From: Candidatus Kerfeldbacteria bacterium
GTDB lineage: Bacteria > Patescibacteriota > Patescibacteriia > UBA10025 > JAHIVO01
Direction: 5' to 3'
Length of the DNA: 64,000 nucleotides
Assembly (NCBI GenBank): GCA_047946875.1
Contig: CP181398.1
Coordinates: 649,041 to 713,040 of the forward strand
The position numbers and the translations under genes were made by a program. Within the stretch, counting starts at the first letter, position 1. Each line of letters opens with the position of its first letter. The notes under the pieces are model-generated. The model saw only the letters and a list, made by a program, of their open reading frames with translations, was not told the origin of the DNA and ran no database searches. This document shows positions 39,597 to 50,790 of the stretch, piece after piece.

Positions 39597-40259
39597 TCAT
39601 TTATAAATTGTTGTATTCTCAGAGCTCATCGATCCTGAATTCATAATCTTAAAATGCTCCTTGGTATGTAATATGTAATCAAGAATGATTTTTGCAATAA
39701 TCAATAGACCGGCCAATATCCGGCCTGCTCCCAGTATTCCGATCAAAAAACCACTCCCCATAATTATGGCATGCATGACAACGACTCGGCCGTATGGCTT
39801 GAACATTTGTTCCCCGGGGGAAATCTTTTTATACTCCCCTCGCTCAATGAAATTAGTCTTATATGAAACACCGTGACTAATAAGCAGACCCGTGAACATT
39901 ACTACTATTCCCCAAATTGAAACATCCATACTGCTGCCTGAAAATGTATCTGATCCGAAAAGCGCGAAGACAAAAATACCATGAACCAAAGTAAAAATAC
40001 CGAAATGCATGATGAAAAAAGCGATCAGTGGTTTTTTAGTTCCGGGTTTTAAAGGTTTGCCATTCATGGAAATACTCGAAGGATTCGGCGCCTCGGCCTT
40101 ACTCATTTTGATAATGTTATATAGGCCAATAACCAAATTTTCCATCCAATAAGCAATCATGATGGAAAAAATGCTCCAATCAAAAATTAATACCCCTAGC
40201 AACGGTACTATGTTCGCGCCTATTAATACAATTATTGCTTTTTGACTTTTCTGTTCCAT
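39597..40259 (-). CDS. hypothetical polytopic membrane protein
   Basis: 220 aa, about six TM helices. Confidence 0.5.
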   Translation of the reverse strand: MEQKSQKAIIVLIGANIVPLLGVLIFDWSIFSIMIAYWMENLVIGLYNIIKMSKAEAPNPSSISMNGKPLKPGTKKPLIAFFIMHFGIFTLVHGIFVFALFGSDTFSGSSMDVSIWGIVVMFTGLLISHGVSYKTNFIERGEYKKISPGEQMFKPYGRVVVMHAIIMGSGFLIGILGAGRILAGLLIIAKIILDYILHTKEHFKIMNSGSMSSENTTIYK

Positions 40260-40316
40260 TAATAAATTATTTAAATCTAACCGATGAACTTCCCACGACT
40301 GAAACCTAATATGGCT

Positions 40317-41354
40317 TCACAGTGCGGACAACTTTTGTTCAACACCTCGCATAGTAGCACGTGCGCCCTCCATATCAGGCGGGATCTTGGTTGCGAAATA
40401 CATACCATTACGCCATGCCTGCCACGCTTGATAAAAATCAATGTCTTCTTTTTTAATATCCATATCTTGACCATACCCTTCGAGAAATGCTTCTTTGTAT
40501 TGTTCAAACTGTTCTTCATTAGCTATATTCCTATATTCGAGTATTCCCTTGGTCTGTTCTAAGAATCCACCAACATCTCTTGCTCGAGGCGCGATCGCCA
40601 CATCAGTAAAATCAACCATACCAACATTATCACCATCTGTAGCTAGTAAATTACCTGGATGAAGATCTCCATGATTAATAACTAGTTCTTCTGACTCGCG
40701 TATTTCTTTTTCTCTGGCTACGAGAATATCATACTGAGCCTTCATACCTTGATAAAATTCTGGGTCATATGCCCTAATCTCTTCAAAACTATCTGCATTG
40801 ATTGTTTGCATAATCATTTCTATGGAGCTGTTAACCTCGTTTGAGTCACGATGAATATCTTTTGTATCTACACTATGAAGTTTTTTTGTCAGCTCCCCTG
40901 CTTGGCGAAAAAATTCCAATCGTTTTGTTTCATCTGCCTCGACTAGTGCATCTACAAAATTTTCACCGGCCAATTCCTCATAAGCTAGAGCATCCAACTT
41001 TTCTGAATAAGCGACTGGCCTAGGGACTGATCCTTCGGGCAAAGCTTGGTGAACTACACTAAGATTATCAAAAGCTGGTTTTATCTGATAGTTAGTATTA
41101 CGGGTTAGATAATATATACCATTTTCGGTTTCGTATTTAATAAGGTATTTTTCCAAGGAACCATCATGTTTAGCAGCTAGACTTTTGAACTCCTGCTCAG
41201 TTATCGCACCTCCATCATTTAATAAATCCTTAATATAGTCAAAATCAAAAACTTCTGGAACTTCTTGCCGTAATTGTTCTACACTAAATTCGGGAGTCGA
41301 TGGGGACTCTTTTTTTTCTACTTCAATTGGAGGAGAAGCTACTTCTAGATTCAT
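40317..41354 (-). CDS. APH/ChoK-type phosphotransferase family protein
   Basis: 345 aa; INHGDLHPGNLL...VGMVDF. Confidence 0.7.
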   Translation of the reverse strand: MNLEVASPPIEVEKKESPSTPEFSVEQLRQEVPEVFDFDYIKDLLNDGGAITEQEFKSLAAKHDGSLEKYLIKYETENGIYYLTRNTNYQIKPAFDNLSVVHQALPEGSVPRPVAYSEKLDALAYEELAGENFVDALVEADETKRLEFFRQAGELTKKLHSVDTKDIHRDSNEVNSSIEMIMQTINADSFEEIRAYDPEFYQGMKAQYDILVAREKEIRESEELVINHGDLHPGNLLATDGDNVGMVDFTDVAIAPRARDVGGFLEQTKGILEYRNIANEEQFEQYKEAFLEGYGQDMDIKKEDIDFYQAWQAWRNGMYFATKIPPDMEGARATMRGVEQKLSAL

Positions 41355-41449
41355 TTATCTAATAGGTTATTAAAATTAGTTTAACATTTTGATTTTGTCA
41401 CGTTTTCCATATATACATTTATCCTACGTTTATTTTTTTTGTTATTAAT

Positions 41450-41896
41450 TCATTTATTATATAATGTTTCTGTTTTTATTTCCTGAGATCTCCGCCAAGC
41501 CATAAGGAATAATATTCCCGGCAAAGCGATGATTAACAATAAAACTAAAGGTACTATAAATTGTGCTTCTAAAGTAATGGGTTTATACATTAATAAGACT
41601 ACAATAGCTAAGCATGAAAAACTAAGATTAATTATCCCCCCTATTTTCTCATAACGCCAAGCGATCGCCAAACCTACAATAGCCAAAAACATTAAAATAG
41701 GTGGCAAGTTCTCAATGAATGGATAATCTTCTACTGCATAAGGGTCAGCTGTTCCAGTTGTCATCCAACTTATTAGATAACCGATCATCATCAAAATTGC
41801 ATAAGCAGTAAAAAAAGTAGACAAAATTCGCGCAATCAGACGAATCCGTTTCGTTGTTTTATCAGATGATTTTTGCTCTTGTTGTTTATCATCCAT
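41450..41896 (-). CDS. hypothetical membrane protein
   Basis: 148 aa; four TM helices. Confidence 0.5.
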   Translation of the reverse strand: MDDKQQEQKSSDKTTKRIRLIARILSTFFTAYAILMMIGYLISWMTTGTADPYAVEDYPFIENLPPILMFLAIVGLAIAWRYEKIGGIINLSFSCLAIVVLLMYKPITLEAQFIVPLVLLLIIALPGILFLMAWRRSQEIKTETLYNK

Positions 41897-41922
41897 ACGT
41901 TTATATTTGATTAATTATTTAT

Positions 41923-43512
41923 TTATCTTACTGGATTATGAATTAATACAAAATTGGTATCTTCTGTAATAGGCACAGGACCAGATCCTGTTCTCTTATA
42001 TTCTTTTTTTGCAAAAACATCTGACGAGCCAACATATTCCCAGTTTTTAATCAAATAAGCGGTTTCCGACCATTCGAAATTTGGTATGGTTGAAATTTCC
42101 GGACCGACATATTCATCTTCAAAATGAAGTTCATCAAAATCACCTAACCAGCCAAAACCAGCAAACTCACCAACACTTCCTCCCCCATAATCACAACGGT
42201 GATCATAATATGGCAAATATTCACCAGCATCAACCTCAATAATCAGAGCTACCTCGACATTACCCCCGGTAAATTTAATATCTCCAAGTCCTACATTTAA
42301 TGGAAATGTTACATTAGTAGTAGGTTCACAAATATCACCACCTAATTCCCAAGAAACTTCTGTATGTTCTCCTTTACCGACCCAGCCAGAAAAATTTTCA
42401 TTCAAAGAAATATTTGGAATAGAGCCACTCTCAATAATAATAGTGGTAAGAGCTTGCATGGTAGATTCTAGAGTCAATGAAAACTGAGCACATGATTTTA
42501 CCTGTTCTTTAATCGTATCTATATCAAGGCCTCCCCGATCATCAAGTCCTAGTAACATCGCTGCCTTGGCCCAAAAAATCATATCCTCCACCTCAGTCGG
42601 ATCACTATTAACCACGCATTCATCACTTGAAGAACTAATAGCATTCTTGATTCCCTTAGCCATAGAATCCATAGCTCTAGAATCTTCATCAGAAAACTGA
42701 TCGTCGTGACCATATATTTGTACCTGCCCTAACCATGAAAGATAATTCCGAATTGCATTTTTTAATAAATTTTCTTTAGTCTCGGCGGCAGCGAGATCTT
42801 TTTGAACACTATTATCAAACCAGTCCTGCAATACCTCAACACTTCCTTCGGAAACTGCCGTCTGTGTCTCATAATCAGATTGAGTAACCGGGTCGGAATG
42901 CAAACTACCATCTACTTCTGCATCTGAAATATCAAGTACTCCATATCCACTGAAATGAGTAATATTCATTATTACTTTACCATCTGCTACGGTCACTGGA
43001 TAAAGATGAAAATTTTCTCCATCCCCTTCATAAGTAAATCCAACCAACTTTCCCTTAGGATTTATTTGCTCAAGATTAAACGTTAATGTTGACGGTAAAA
43101 TCATTTCTGTGCCATTGGGTTGGAGATCAACTCCCGCTACCATAGAATCGTCAAATGATGAACCGGCTATGGATCTCATAGGAGTCAGATCAATTTCTTT
43201 TGACATAACGAACGAATCAGCAGGCACTGTCAGTGTAACGCCGATATCCACTACGTAACTTCCTCCTTCATCAGCATTGATAAAACTATTAACTGTTTCT
43301 GTTTCATCAACGGTTGTGGTAACTGAAACGGCTGGGGTGGCAGATTTTGATGCACTGTCAGTCGTACTGGTAGACGTAGTCTCCGATGTTATATCGTTTC
43401 CACCTTGCGTAGCAAAGTAGATGCCCGCACCTGCACCGATTACCATAATAATTACAATTATGATCAGTAGTGTTTTATTAGATTTTTTACCTTGCATCGG
43501 TTGATCTTCCAT
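41923..43512 (-). CDS. membrane-anchored extracellular protein
   Basis: 529 aa; N-terminal TM helix, Ser/Thr-rich linker. Confidence 0.5.
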   Translation of the reverse strand: MEDQPMQGKKSNKTLLIIIVIIMVIGAGAGIYFATQGGNDITSETTSTSTTDSASKSATPAVSVTTTVDETETVNSFINADEGGSYVVDIGVTLTVPADSFVMSKEIDLTPMRSIAGSSFDDSMVAGVDLQPNGTEMILPSTLTFNLEQINPKGKLVGFTYEGDGENFHLYPVTVADGKVIMNITHFSGYGVLDISDAEVDGSLHSDPVTQSDYETQTAVSEGSVEVLQDWFDNSVQKDLAAAETKENLLKNAIRNYLSWLGQVQIYGHDDQFSDEDSRAMDSMAKGIKNAISSSSDECVVNSDPTEVEDMIFWAKAAMLLGLDDRGGLDIDTIKEQVKSCAQFSLTLESTMQALTTIIIESGSIPNISLNENFSGWVGKGEHTEVSWELGGDICEPTTNVTFPLNVGLGDIKFTGGNVEVALIIEVDAGEYLPYYDHRCDYGGGSVGEFAGFGWLGDFDELHFEDEYVGPEISTIPNFEWSETAYLIKNWEYVGSSDVFAKKEYKRTGSGPVPITEDTNFVLIHNPVR

Positions 43513-43529
43513 ATAATTTATATTAATTA

Positions 43530-45533
43530 TTATTTACTTTCATAAATCCTAATAGAGCTATCACCAAATCCGGAAGCTATATATTTACCGTCATCAGAAA
43601 TTGTTACAGTTATAACTCCAGTTTGATTATGATCAAATTCTATACCAGCTTGGGCAGAAGGTCGATCATTAGTATGCTGTTTCTCCCATAACAAAGTTCC
43701 ATTTTTATTATACAGATGTATGTAACCACTCATATCATTTACGCCCGCAGTACCCACAACAATATACTCACCATCTGGAGTCATATCGAGAGCATTATGT
43801 CCTTGAAGTTCACCTTTCAAAGTTCGTTGCCATAAAATTTCTCCATCAGGATTAAATGCCATTACTTTTGCTCCGACCGTACCTATTACAATCATACTTC
43901 CATCTGCGCTCATATTGTCAGCCCCAGCCGTAACTACATGGTTACCAATCCTGCGACGCCAATTTAGATTACCAACCACATCATAACTGAATAACTCCCT
44001 ATTTTTACCAGCGGCATACACATTATATTCATCGTCAATTTCCAAAACCATAGGAAATTCACCAATATACTTTGTCCAAACTAATGTACCGTCAGATTTA
44101 TACAACATAGTGGTTCCCCCTGCTAAACCTACGACAATATATTTATCATCAGCTGACCAACGAGCTGCCCTTAACCAATTATCAACATTTGATCCCGCCC
44201 ATAATAATGTACCATCGGAAGTGTTTAATATGGCAAAATCAGCCTTGGTATTTTGGTCTTGATATGGACCAACCAATACTTGAGTGCCATCATTACTAAA
44301 TTCTATATCACGGGACATACCAGCACCCTCGAGCGTCCATTTTGTATTTCCGTCACTATCAACCATATAAATTGTACCTTCATGACAAGCCGCTGCAATC
44401 ATACCATCTTGAGAGACATCCATCCCCCAACACTCATCTTTGGTATCTATTCTCCAATTTTCATTCCCAGTTTTATCTACTGATATAATATGACCTGGCT
44501 GATTTAACTCAGACGGATGTCTACCTTGAACAGCAGCAAAATTAGTAAAATTATCATAAGACATTATCCACCAATATCCAAATATTCCATCTGTTTGTGT
44601 TTCCCCGATTATTTCATAATCCAAGGCCTCGACTTTAGACAAAGAAAAATCTACCGTTTCCGTATCGCCTCTATCCAAAACTATTTCATCTTGATACCCA
44701 ATTTCATAGCCATCTTTTTCAGCATAAACGAAAAAACCAAGTGTATCATAAGCTCGTTCTCTATCACCTAATAATGCTTCTACATCTTCTGATGAAGGAA
44801 CATTAATAGTATAATTTCCATTATCATCGGTACGTTCTTCAAAAACTCGTTCGCTATTGAAATAATTTGTAGATACGACTACACCCGAAAGAGGATTACC
44901 AGATTCATCGGAAATTGTTCCGTTTATAGTAGCAGTGAACGGTAATTCAACTGGGCCCCGATCTCGTCCCTGATTATTACCAACAGTGACAGTGACGGTT
45001 TCTGTTATATTTGATTCTACTATCGTAAACTTTACGTCAAAGGTAAGATTACCCTCCTTAAACGGAGCTGACATATATTCAATTGTCTCCTCAGCTCCAC
45101 CAGCAATAGCTACTGATGAATTGGTCATAGAATACAGATGCATATCCGAACCACCATCGACACTCTGTGTTATTACTGGTTCATGTAATAATGTTACCGT
45201 AGTTGAACTTGAATTCTTAGCCGAAAAATAAATATTAGTACTATTCTCCAAACCAGTAATGGTGATAGGATTATAAACAGAAATTTCTACATCTCCTATA
45301 CTGTATATTTTTATTTCCTCAACCGACGCTGTTGGCAAAGGAGCATTAAGATCGGGTGGCGGTGAAAAAATTGGCGGTTGGCCATTTGGTTCTAGACCAG
45401 GACCTGGTACAGGTTGAGAGTTATTTGTAACTGGTTTTACTTCTTCAATATCACTTGCAAAATAAAAATACCCACCAATTCCAAGGGCGAGAACAATTAA
45501 AGTAATAACTGTAATAATAGTTGTTTTATTCAT
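43530..45533 (-). CDS. membrane-anchored PQQ-like beta-propeller repeat protein with a CarboxypepD_reg-like domain
   Basis: 667 aa; repeated DGTLLW/DGEILW blades; Pro-rich linker. Confidence 0.6.
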   Translation of the reverse strand: MNKTTIITVITLIVLALGIGGYFYFASDIEEVKPVTNNSQPVPGPGLEPNGQPPIFSPPPDLNAPLPTASVEEIKIYSIGDVEISVYNPITITGLENSTNIYFSAKNSSSTTVTLLHEPVITQSVDGGSDMHLYSMTNSSVAIAGGAEETIEYMSAPFKEGNLTFDVKFTIVESNITETVTVTVGNNQGRDRGPVELPFTATINGTISDESGNPLSGVVVSTNYFNSERVFEERTDDNGNYTINVPSSEDVEALLGDRERAYDTLGFFVYAEKDGYEIGYQDEIVLDRGDTETVDFSLSKVEALDYEIIGETQTDGIFGYWWIMSYDNFTNFAAVQGRHPSELNQPGHIISVDKTGNENWRIDTKDECWGMDVSQDGMIAAACHEGTIYMVDSDGNTKWTLEGAGMSRDIEFSNDGTQVLVGPYQDQNTKADFAILNTSDGTLLWAGSNVDNWLRAARWSADDKYIVVGLAGGTTMLYKSDGTLVWTKYIGEFPMVLEIDDEYNVYAAGKNRELFSYDVVGNLNWRRRIGNHVVTAGADNMSADGSMIVIGTVGAKVMAFNPDGEILWQRTLKGELQGHNALDMTPDGEYIVVGTAGVNDMSGYIHLYNKNGTLLWEKQHTNDRPSAQAGIEFDHNQTGVITVTISDDGKYIASGFGDSSIRIYESK

Positions 45534-45614
45534 AATATTTTTTTATTATTATATTTTTTATATATTAATCGTACCGTGATTTACATAAATAATCAAATAA
45601 ATTTGAATATTTTT

Positions 45615-46115
45615 TTATTTATCTAACTTTGGTAAACGAGATATTATTTTTTTATGAGTCTCCTCCAAACTACCCTTAGCATCAATCATAATACCAAATC
45701 TATTTCTAACCACCAATTTATATACTGCTCTAGTTGCATCCTCACCAAGAGTTTTTTTTCTTTCTTTATCTCTTCTTATACAGACATCAACTGGTACCCG
45801 CAAAGTAAATATATAGCCAGGATGTAACATATTTCTGATTAAATAATCCATAGCCTCCCGATGATAAAAACATCCATCAAAAATAACAACCTGCCCTTTT
45901 TTCAAAGCAAGTTTGGCTATTGGCATAGCAATATCTAATGCTTGGATAAATCTATCAGCTGGGACAGAAGCAGAGTCTGGATCTCTATCTAAATTATATT
46001 TAGTTAGTATATTATCCATGATTATAAGTCTAGCATTAAGAACCTGGGATAATTTCTCAGCATTTGTTGACTTCCCAGAACCCAGCGGTCCATTTATAAC
46101 AATATAATAACTCAT
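45615..46115 (-). CDS. P-loop NTPase/kinase-like protein
   Basis: 166 aa; GPLGSGKST Walker A. Confidence 0.55.
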   Translation of the reverse strand: MSYYIVINGPLGSGKSTNAEKLSQVLNARLIIMDNILTKYNLDRDPDSASVPADRFIQALDIAMPIAKLALKKGQVVIFDGCFYHREAMDYLIRNMLHPGYIFTLRVPVDVCIRRDKERKKTLGEDATRAVYKLVVRNRFGIMIDAKGSLEETHKKIISRLPKLDK

Positions 46116-46199
46116 ATTAATATGATAAACTTTATTTACTACTTAAACAAGGTATGTGCTTCAATTAATAATATTTGAAACCGTTTATTATTTAAATAA

Positions 46200-46335
46200 C
46201 ATTGGGGTCTGGGGTGCTTCATTAAGCCAATTCAAAAAGAGATAACTCAAATTTCTGGTTGCGCATTGAAGCCCCCAGTGTTCCTTCACTTCATTCAGGA
46301 CAAGCTTTGGTACTTTCTGGTGTCAGAAAGTACAT
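46200..46335. other. structured leader region: long-range stem CTGGGGTGCTTCA/TGAAGCCCCCAG and a 10-bp hairpin GTACTTTCTG/CAGAAAGTAC
   Basis: Complementary segments read directly from the sequence; 5' of the kinase-like gene. Confidence 0.3.
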
Positions 46336-46351
46336 AAAAAACTGAATCAGA

Positions 46352-47029
46352 TTATTCCCCCTCAATAATTACAACAAACTCTCCCTTTGTTTCCCCTGCA
46401 TCTAATTTTGATTTAACTTCTTTAATATTTCCTCGATAAATAGTTTCAAACTTTTTTGTTAATTCACGACCAATTACCACTCGCCTACTATCATCTAATA
46501 ACTCGACCAGCGCATCCACTGTTTTCATAATACGATGAGTAGATTCATAAAAAATTATTGTTTGTTTTGACTCACTTATATATTTAAATAAAGTCTGGCG
46601 TCCTTTTTTATGTGGGATAAATCCCAAAAATTCAAATTTGTCAGTAGGAACTCCTGCTACCGATATCAAAGTAGTCAAAGCTGACACTCCAGGTATAGGA
46701 ATTATCTCTACTTCATCTTTCAACTCCTCAATTACTTTTTCTACCAAAACTCCTCCCGGATCAGATAAAGACGGTGTACCAGCATCAGAGACCATTGCCA
46801 AACTCTTCCCTTGTTTTAGCAACTCTATAATTTTATCTATCTTATGTAATCCGGAATGTTGATGATAACTTAATAATTCTTTTTTAATATCGTAATGATT
46901 TAATAAAATAATAGTATGTCTAGTATCTTCACATAAAATAATATCAACCTCCTTGAGAGTATTAATGGCCCGTAAAGTTATATCTTCTAAGTTACCTATA
47001 GGAGTAGCGACGATAAATAATTTGGACAT
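46352..47029 (-). CDS. rsmI: 16S rRNA (cytidine1402-2'-O)-methyltransferase
   Basis: 225 aa; tetrapyrrole-methylase fold; N-terminal IVATPIGNLEDIT...EDTRHT. Confidence 0.85.
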   Translation of the reverse strand: MSKLFIVATPIGNLEDITLRAINTLKEVDIILCEDTRHTIILLNHYDIKKELLSYHQHSGLHKIDKIIELLKQGKSLAMVSDAGTPSLSDPGGVLVEKVIEELKDEVEIIPIPGVSALTTLISVAGVPTDKFEFLGFIPHKKGRQTLFKYISESKQTIIFYESTHRIMKTVDALVELLDDSRRVVIGRELTKKFETIYRGNIKEVKSKLDAGETKGEFVVIIEGE

Positions 47030-47158
47030 ATATATAATTATACTTCAAAATAATATGTTTTTCAATAGAATATTGACACTAATATTAAATCATACTATAC
47101 TAAATTGAAAAATATATTTAATAAAAAAATTGTTCATATAAAAAGAAAGGGACGAATA

Positions 47159-47512
47159 ATGTCACAAAGCAACCAATCAGACATTACTCCTAAGAGTTTG
47201 CATGAAAAATCGAATTCAACGACTGATGAATTATTTCAGCAAGTATTAGATAAAATCAATGCTGTTTTAAAAGAATGGGATCCTCGTAAGGCAGGTAGTA
47301 GAAAAGTTGTTGTATCTTTTAAACAAAAACATGCTAACGACAAACTGGGCAATTTACTTGATGAAAGTGACAAAACCAGGATTGTCAAGCATTACAAAAA
47401 GTTAGGATTCAAGAAAGTCAAATGGACCACTGAAAGCTACAAGTATCAGGGTCAGGTTGAAAAAAATGGAACAACTTGGTGTGATTTCCATCTGACAGTC
47501 CCAAAATCCTAA
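47159..47512 (+). CDS. hypothetical protein
   Basis: Internal ATG chosen (MSQSNQ...); an upstream in-frame start at 47105 is also possible. Confidence 0.4.
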   Translation: MSQSNQSDITPKSLHEKSNSTTDELFQQVLDKINAVLKEWDPRKAGSRKVVVSFKQKHANDKLGNLLDESDKTRIVKHYKKLGFKKVKWTTESYKYQGQVEKNGTTWCDFHLTVPKS

Positions 47513-47525
47513 AATATCTACTAAC

Positions 47526-47559
47526 AAAGCGTCAAATATTTTATTAGACGCTTTTTTAT
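47526..47559 (+). terminator. rho-independent terminator
   Basis: AAGCGTC...GACGCTT followed by T6. Confidence 0.65.
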
Positions 47560-47626
47560 TTGACATTATAAGTTTACTGCATTAAACTAAATTAAACAAA
47601 TTAATAGTATAAATAGGAGGTAATTT

Positions 47627-47842
47627 GTGGCCAAAGCGAATCTTTTTGTAAAAGTACGCGAAGGCGAATCTATTGAAAAATCTCTAAGACACTTTCGAAA
47701 AATGTGTGAGAAGACTAAAATATTCTCAGATATTAAAAGAAATCTTTTTTACTCTAAACCTAGCGTAATCAAAAAAGATAAAAAAAAGAGAGCCATTAAA
47801 GCTCAACAAAAATTTGTCAGAAGTGAAAAAGTAAACTACTAA
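47627..47842 (+). CDS. rpsU: 30S ribosomal protein S21
   Basis: 71 aa; GTG start after AGGAGG; VKVREGESIEKSLRHFRK...YSKPS. Confidence 0.85.
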   Translation: MAKANLFVKVREGESIEKSLRHFRKMCEKTKIFSDIKRNLFYSKPSVIKKDKKKRAIKAQQKFVRSEKVNY

Positions 47843-47882
47843 ATCCATACAATAAACAATATGGCTTTTTTATTTTACAAAT

Positions 47883-48941
47883 TTATTCTTCCAATTTAAA
47901 TTCTTTTTCTTCTTTATTAGCAAAAAAATCTTCAGCAAATGCTTTAAATATAAGAGTAACAGGGACTGCTAATAAAATACCTACGATACCTGCTAATTTT
48001 GCACCAATAAGCATAACCACTATTACCACCAGCGGATTCATCCCAACTGTTTTTTGCATAACTTTAGGGACGAGAATAGAATTTTCAAGTTGTTGGATAA
48101 CGATATACCAAATAATCACGATCAAAGTAATCATGAACCCTCCAGTAGTCATAGAAATAAATATTGCAGGAACTGCACCAAGCAATGGTCCAAGATAAGG
48201 AATAAACTCTGTCAGACCTGCCCACAATGCCAACACCAATGCATATTTCACTCCAAGAATAGTTAAACCAAGATAGGCCAATAAAAAAATTATAAAACTC
48301 AAAATCAGCTGACCCTTCAACCAAAGTCGTAATTTTTCTTGAGACCTATTCACCAGTTGAAAAACATATGGCTGATATTTGGTTGGTGTCAGAGAACGAA
48401 TAAATTTCTTCACAGCATGCTCTTCCAAAATCATATAGAAAGTAATTACGATAACTCCAAGGAATGAGAAAAGACCGCCAAAGACACTTGCTGCTGCTCC
48501 AAAAATTCCAGATGCTGTCTGTGAAAGATTATTTTGCAATGAATCCAAAGTAGAATTTAGTGAATCTAATAAATTTTGTTGCAGTGAAAATTCTCTAAAT
48601 TGCTCAAAATCATTTACTACCCGATTATAATACTCGGGAAAATTATGTGCGATATCACCTATCTGTGTAGCAATAGGAGGAATCATTAAAATAAATATTA
48701 AAATAAATGATCCAAAAAATGCTAAATAAATAAATATTGTAGCCAAAATTCTGGGCACTCTACGTCTTTGCAATGCATTGACCCATGGATTCAAAGCGCT
48801 AGCTAAAACAACTGAAACTAATAAAATCATCAGCACATCCCGTAATGTATAAATCAAACCAATTGCTAATAAAATCAATAAAAATTTTACAAGTGTATTA
48901 GTCGAAATATTTATAGTCATTTGACCTTTTGCTTCTGCCAT
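47883..48941 (-). CDS. AI-2E family transporter
   Basis: 352 aa; eight TM helices; PerM-like pattern. Confidence 0.75.
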   Translation of the reverse strand: MAEAKGQMTINISTNTLVKFLLILLAIGLIYTLRDVLMILLVSVVLASALNPWVNALQRRRVPRILATIFIYLAFFGSFILIFILMIPPIATQIGDIAHNFPEYYNRVVNDFEQFREFSLQQNLLDSLNSTLDSLQNNLSQTASGIFGAAASVFGGLFSFLGVIVITFYMILEEHAVKKFIRSLTPTKYQPYVFQLVNRSQEKLRLWLKGQLILSFIIFLLAYLGLTILGVKYALVLALWAGLTEFIPYLGPLLGAVPAIFISMTTGGFMITLIVIIWYIVIQQLENSILVPKVMQKTVGMNPLVVIVVMLIGAKLAGIVGILLAVPVTLIFKAFAEDFFANKEEKEFKLEE

Positions 48942-48985
48942 AATATATTACACATTTTATAATTACTTTTAGTATACCCTATCTC

Positions 48986-50251
48986 TTAGAGCTTTAAAAG
49001 TCCCTTAAATTCTGAATTATTTTTATACGGTCCAATCAATGATAGATTAATTCTATTTGTTTTAATCAATTCATTGGCAACTTTACTTACATCCTGAACT
49101 GTAACTTTTTCTAACTTTTTAACTAGCTCTGCGGGAGTAATTATCTTATTCTCCAATAATTCCTGCCTACTCAACCAAGAAGCAACACTATCAGACGCTT
49201 CTAGCTGGAGAGTTAGTTTACCTTCCAAATAATCCTTAGCTTTGCATAATTCATTTTTAGTAACACCAGATTGTTTCAGTTTCTTTAATTCTTTCAAAAT
49301 TTCTGTAATAGCTGGTGATAAACGTGATTTATCTAAACCTGCTTGTATCATTAAAGTACCAGTATCTTGGTAAAGATTAACAGATGAACGGATAAAATAA
49401 CACAAACCTTTTCTTTCTCGAATAGTTGTAAATAAACGTGAACTCATATTACCACCCAAGATCACACTTAGTAAATAAAGAGGGTAAATTTTATTGCTAG
49501 TGAATGAGTATGCAGGGAAGCCAAGAGCAAGTTGCGCTTGTTCCGTGTCCTTATATTTAATCTTAATCTGAGGCTTTGTTTGTTTAATTGAAATTTTTCT
49601 ATAATTACCCAGCTTATCTTTTTTTGTATTATTACTAAAATATTTTTTTACCAGGTCAATTGTCTTATTGTCTATCCTGCCAGCTACTGCCACAAGCATA
49701 TTTTTTGGTTGATAATATTTTTTGTAATAAGAATACAATTTAGCTCTACTAACTTTTTTAATAACTTCCTTAGGTCCTGCTATATTCCATCCAAGTGGAT
49801 GATCTCCATATACTGTCTGCTCAAAAAGATCTTCCATATACATCATTGGATTATCTTCATACATATTTATCTCCTCGACTATTACTCCACGTTCTCTGTT
49901 CATCTCGTCAGCTTCAAATTTGGAATTAAATAACATATCAGACAACATTTCCAAAGCTAACTCTGCCTTATCTGCTCTTGTCTTAATATAATATCCAGTA
50001 TGATCTTTAGAAGTAAAAGCGTTATAATCTGCTCCAATACCATCCAACTCCTTAGAGATATGCTTAGTTGTTGGTCTTTTTTTAGTTCCTTTGAACATTA
50101 GATGCTCTACAAAATGCGAAGCCCCATTAATATCTTTAGTCTCATATCTAGAACCGACTTTTGTTAAAACTAGCACTGTTACAGCTTTTGTATCTGCCAT
50201 CGGCGCTAATAATACTCTTAAACCATTATTTAATTTTTGTTGTTTGAACAT
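48986..50251 (-). CDS. M16-family zinc peptidase
   Basis: 421 aa; HFVEHLMFKGT (inverted zincin HxxEH motif). Confidence 0.85.
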   Translation of the reverse strand: MFKQQKLNNGLRVLLAPMADTKAVTVLVLTKVGSRYETKDINGASHFVEHLMFKGTKKRPTTKHISKELDGIGADYNAFTSKDHTGYYIKTRADKAELALEMLSDMLFNSKFEADEMNRERGVIVEEINMYEDNPMMYMEDLFEQTVYGDHPLGWNIAGPKEVIKKVSRAKLYSYYKKYYQPKNMLVAVAGRIDNKTIDLVKKYFSNNTKKDKLGNYRKISIKQTKPQIKIKYKDTEQAQLALGFPAYSFTSNKIYPLYLLSVILGGNMSSRLFTTIRERKGLCYFIRSSVNLYQDTGTLMIQAGLDKSRLSPAITEILKELKKLKQSGVTKNELCKAKDYLEGKLTLQLEASDSVASWLSRQELLENKIITPAELVKKLEKVTVQDVSKVANELIKTNRINLSLIGPYKNNSEFKGLLKL

Positions 50252-50265
50252 TATTATATCTTTCG

Positions 50266-50601
50266 TTAATTATTTTTTATTATTTTTTTTGTGACAGCAT
50301 CCTGGAATATACGGAAAGCTTTACGCTTTTCTTTATCATAGATATAAGGCATTCCCATAATAAAACCACATTTATTGCATTTCAGTGGTGATATTTTTTT
50401 AATATCTTTCTTATGTAATTCTACAAGACTACTTGGGCTGAAAATACGATCCATATATAAACGGCGCAAATTGCCTGGACCATCTTTTTGATAAACAAGA
50501 ATCTTATTGTTACATTTTTGACAACTTATATCCAAAAGTCTTGAATACCCTCCTCTTGAACTTTTATATTTATCCTTTTTAATTTTTAATATTTTTTCCA
50601 T
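50266..50601 (-). CDS. hypothetical Zn-ribbon-like protein
   Basis: 111 aa; CQKC...CNKC. Confidence 0.4.
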   Translation of the reverse strand: MEKILKIKKDKYKSSRGGYSRLLDISCQKCNNKILVYQKDGPGNLRRLYMDRIFSPSSLVELHKKDIKKISPLKCNKCGFIMGMPYIYDKEKRKAFRIFQDAVTKKIIKNN

Positions 50602-50790
50602 TTTTTAATACAAAATATTCATAAATATACATTGAATCTTCATTACCATGAGTCTTAGCTATCTTAGTAAAAAAATCCGAAACTAGTTTACTATTAGTCT
50701 ATTGGTCAACTCAAACTTCTAAGTCAACCAAATTAACTATAGCACAATGGATAAATATTATACATTACACAAAATTAAATAAAAAAAAGC

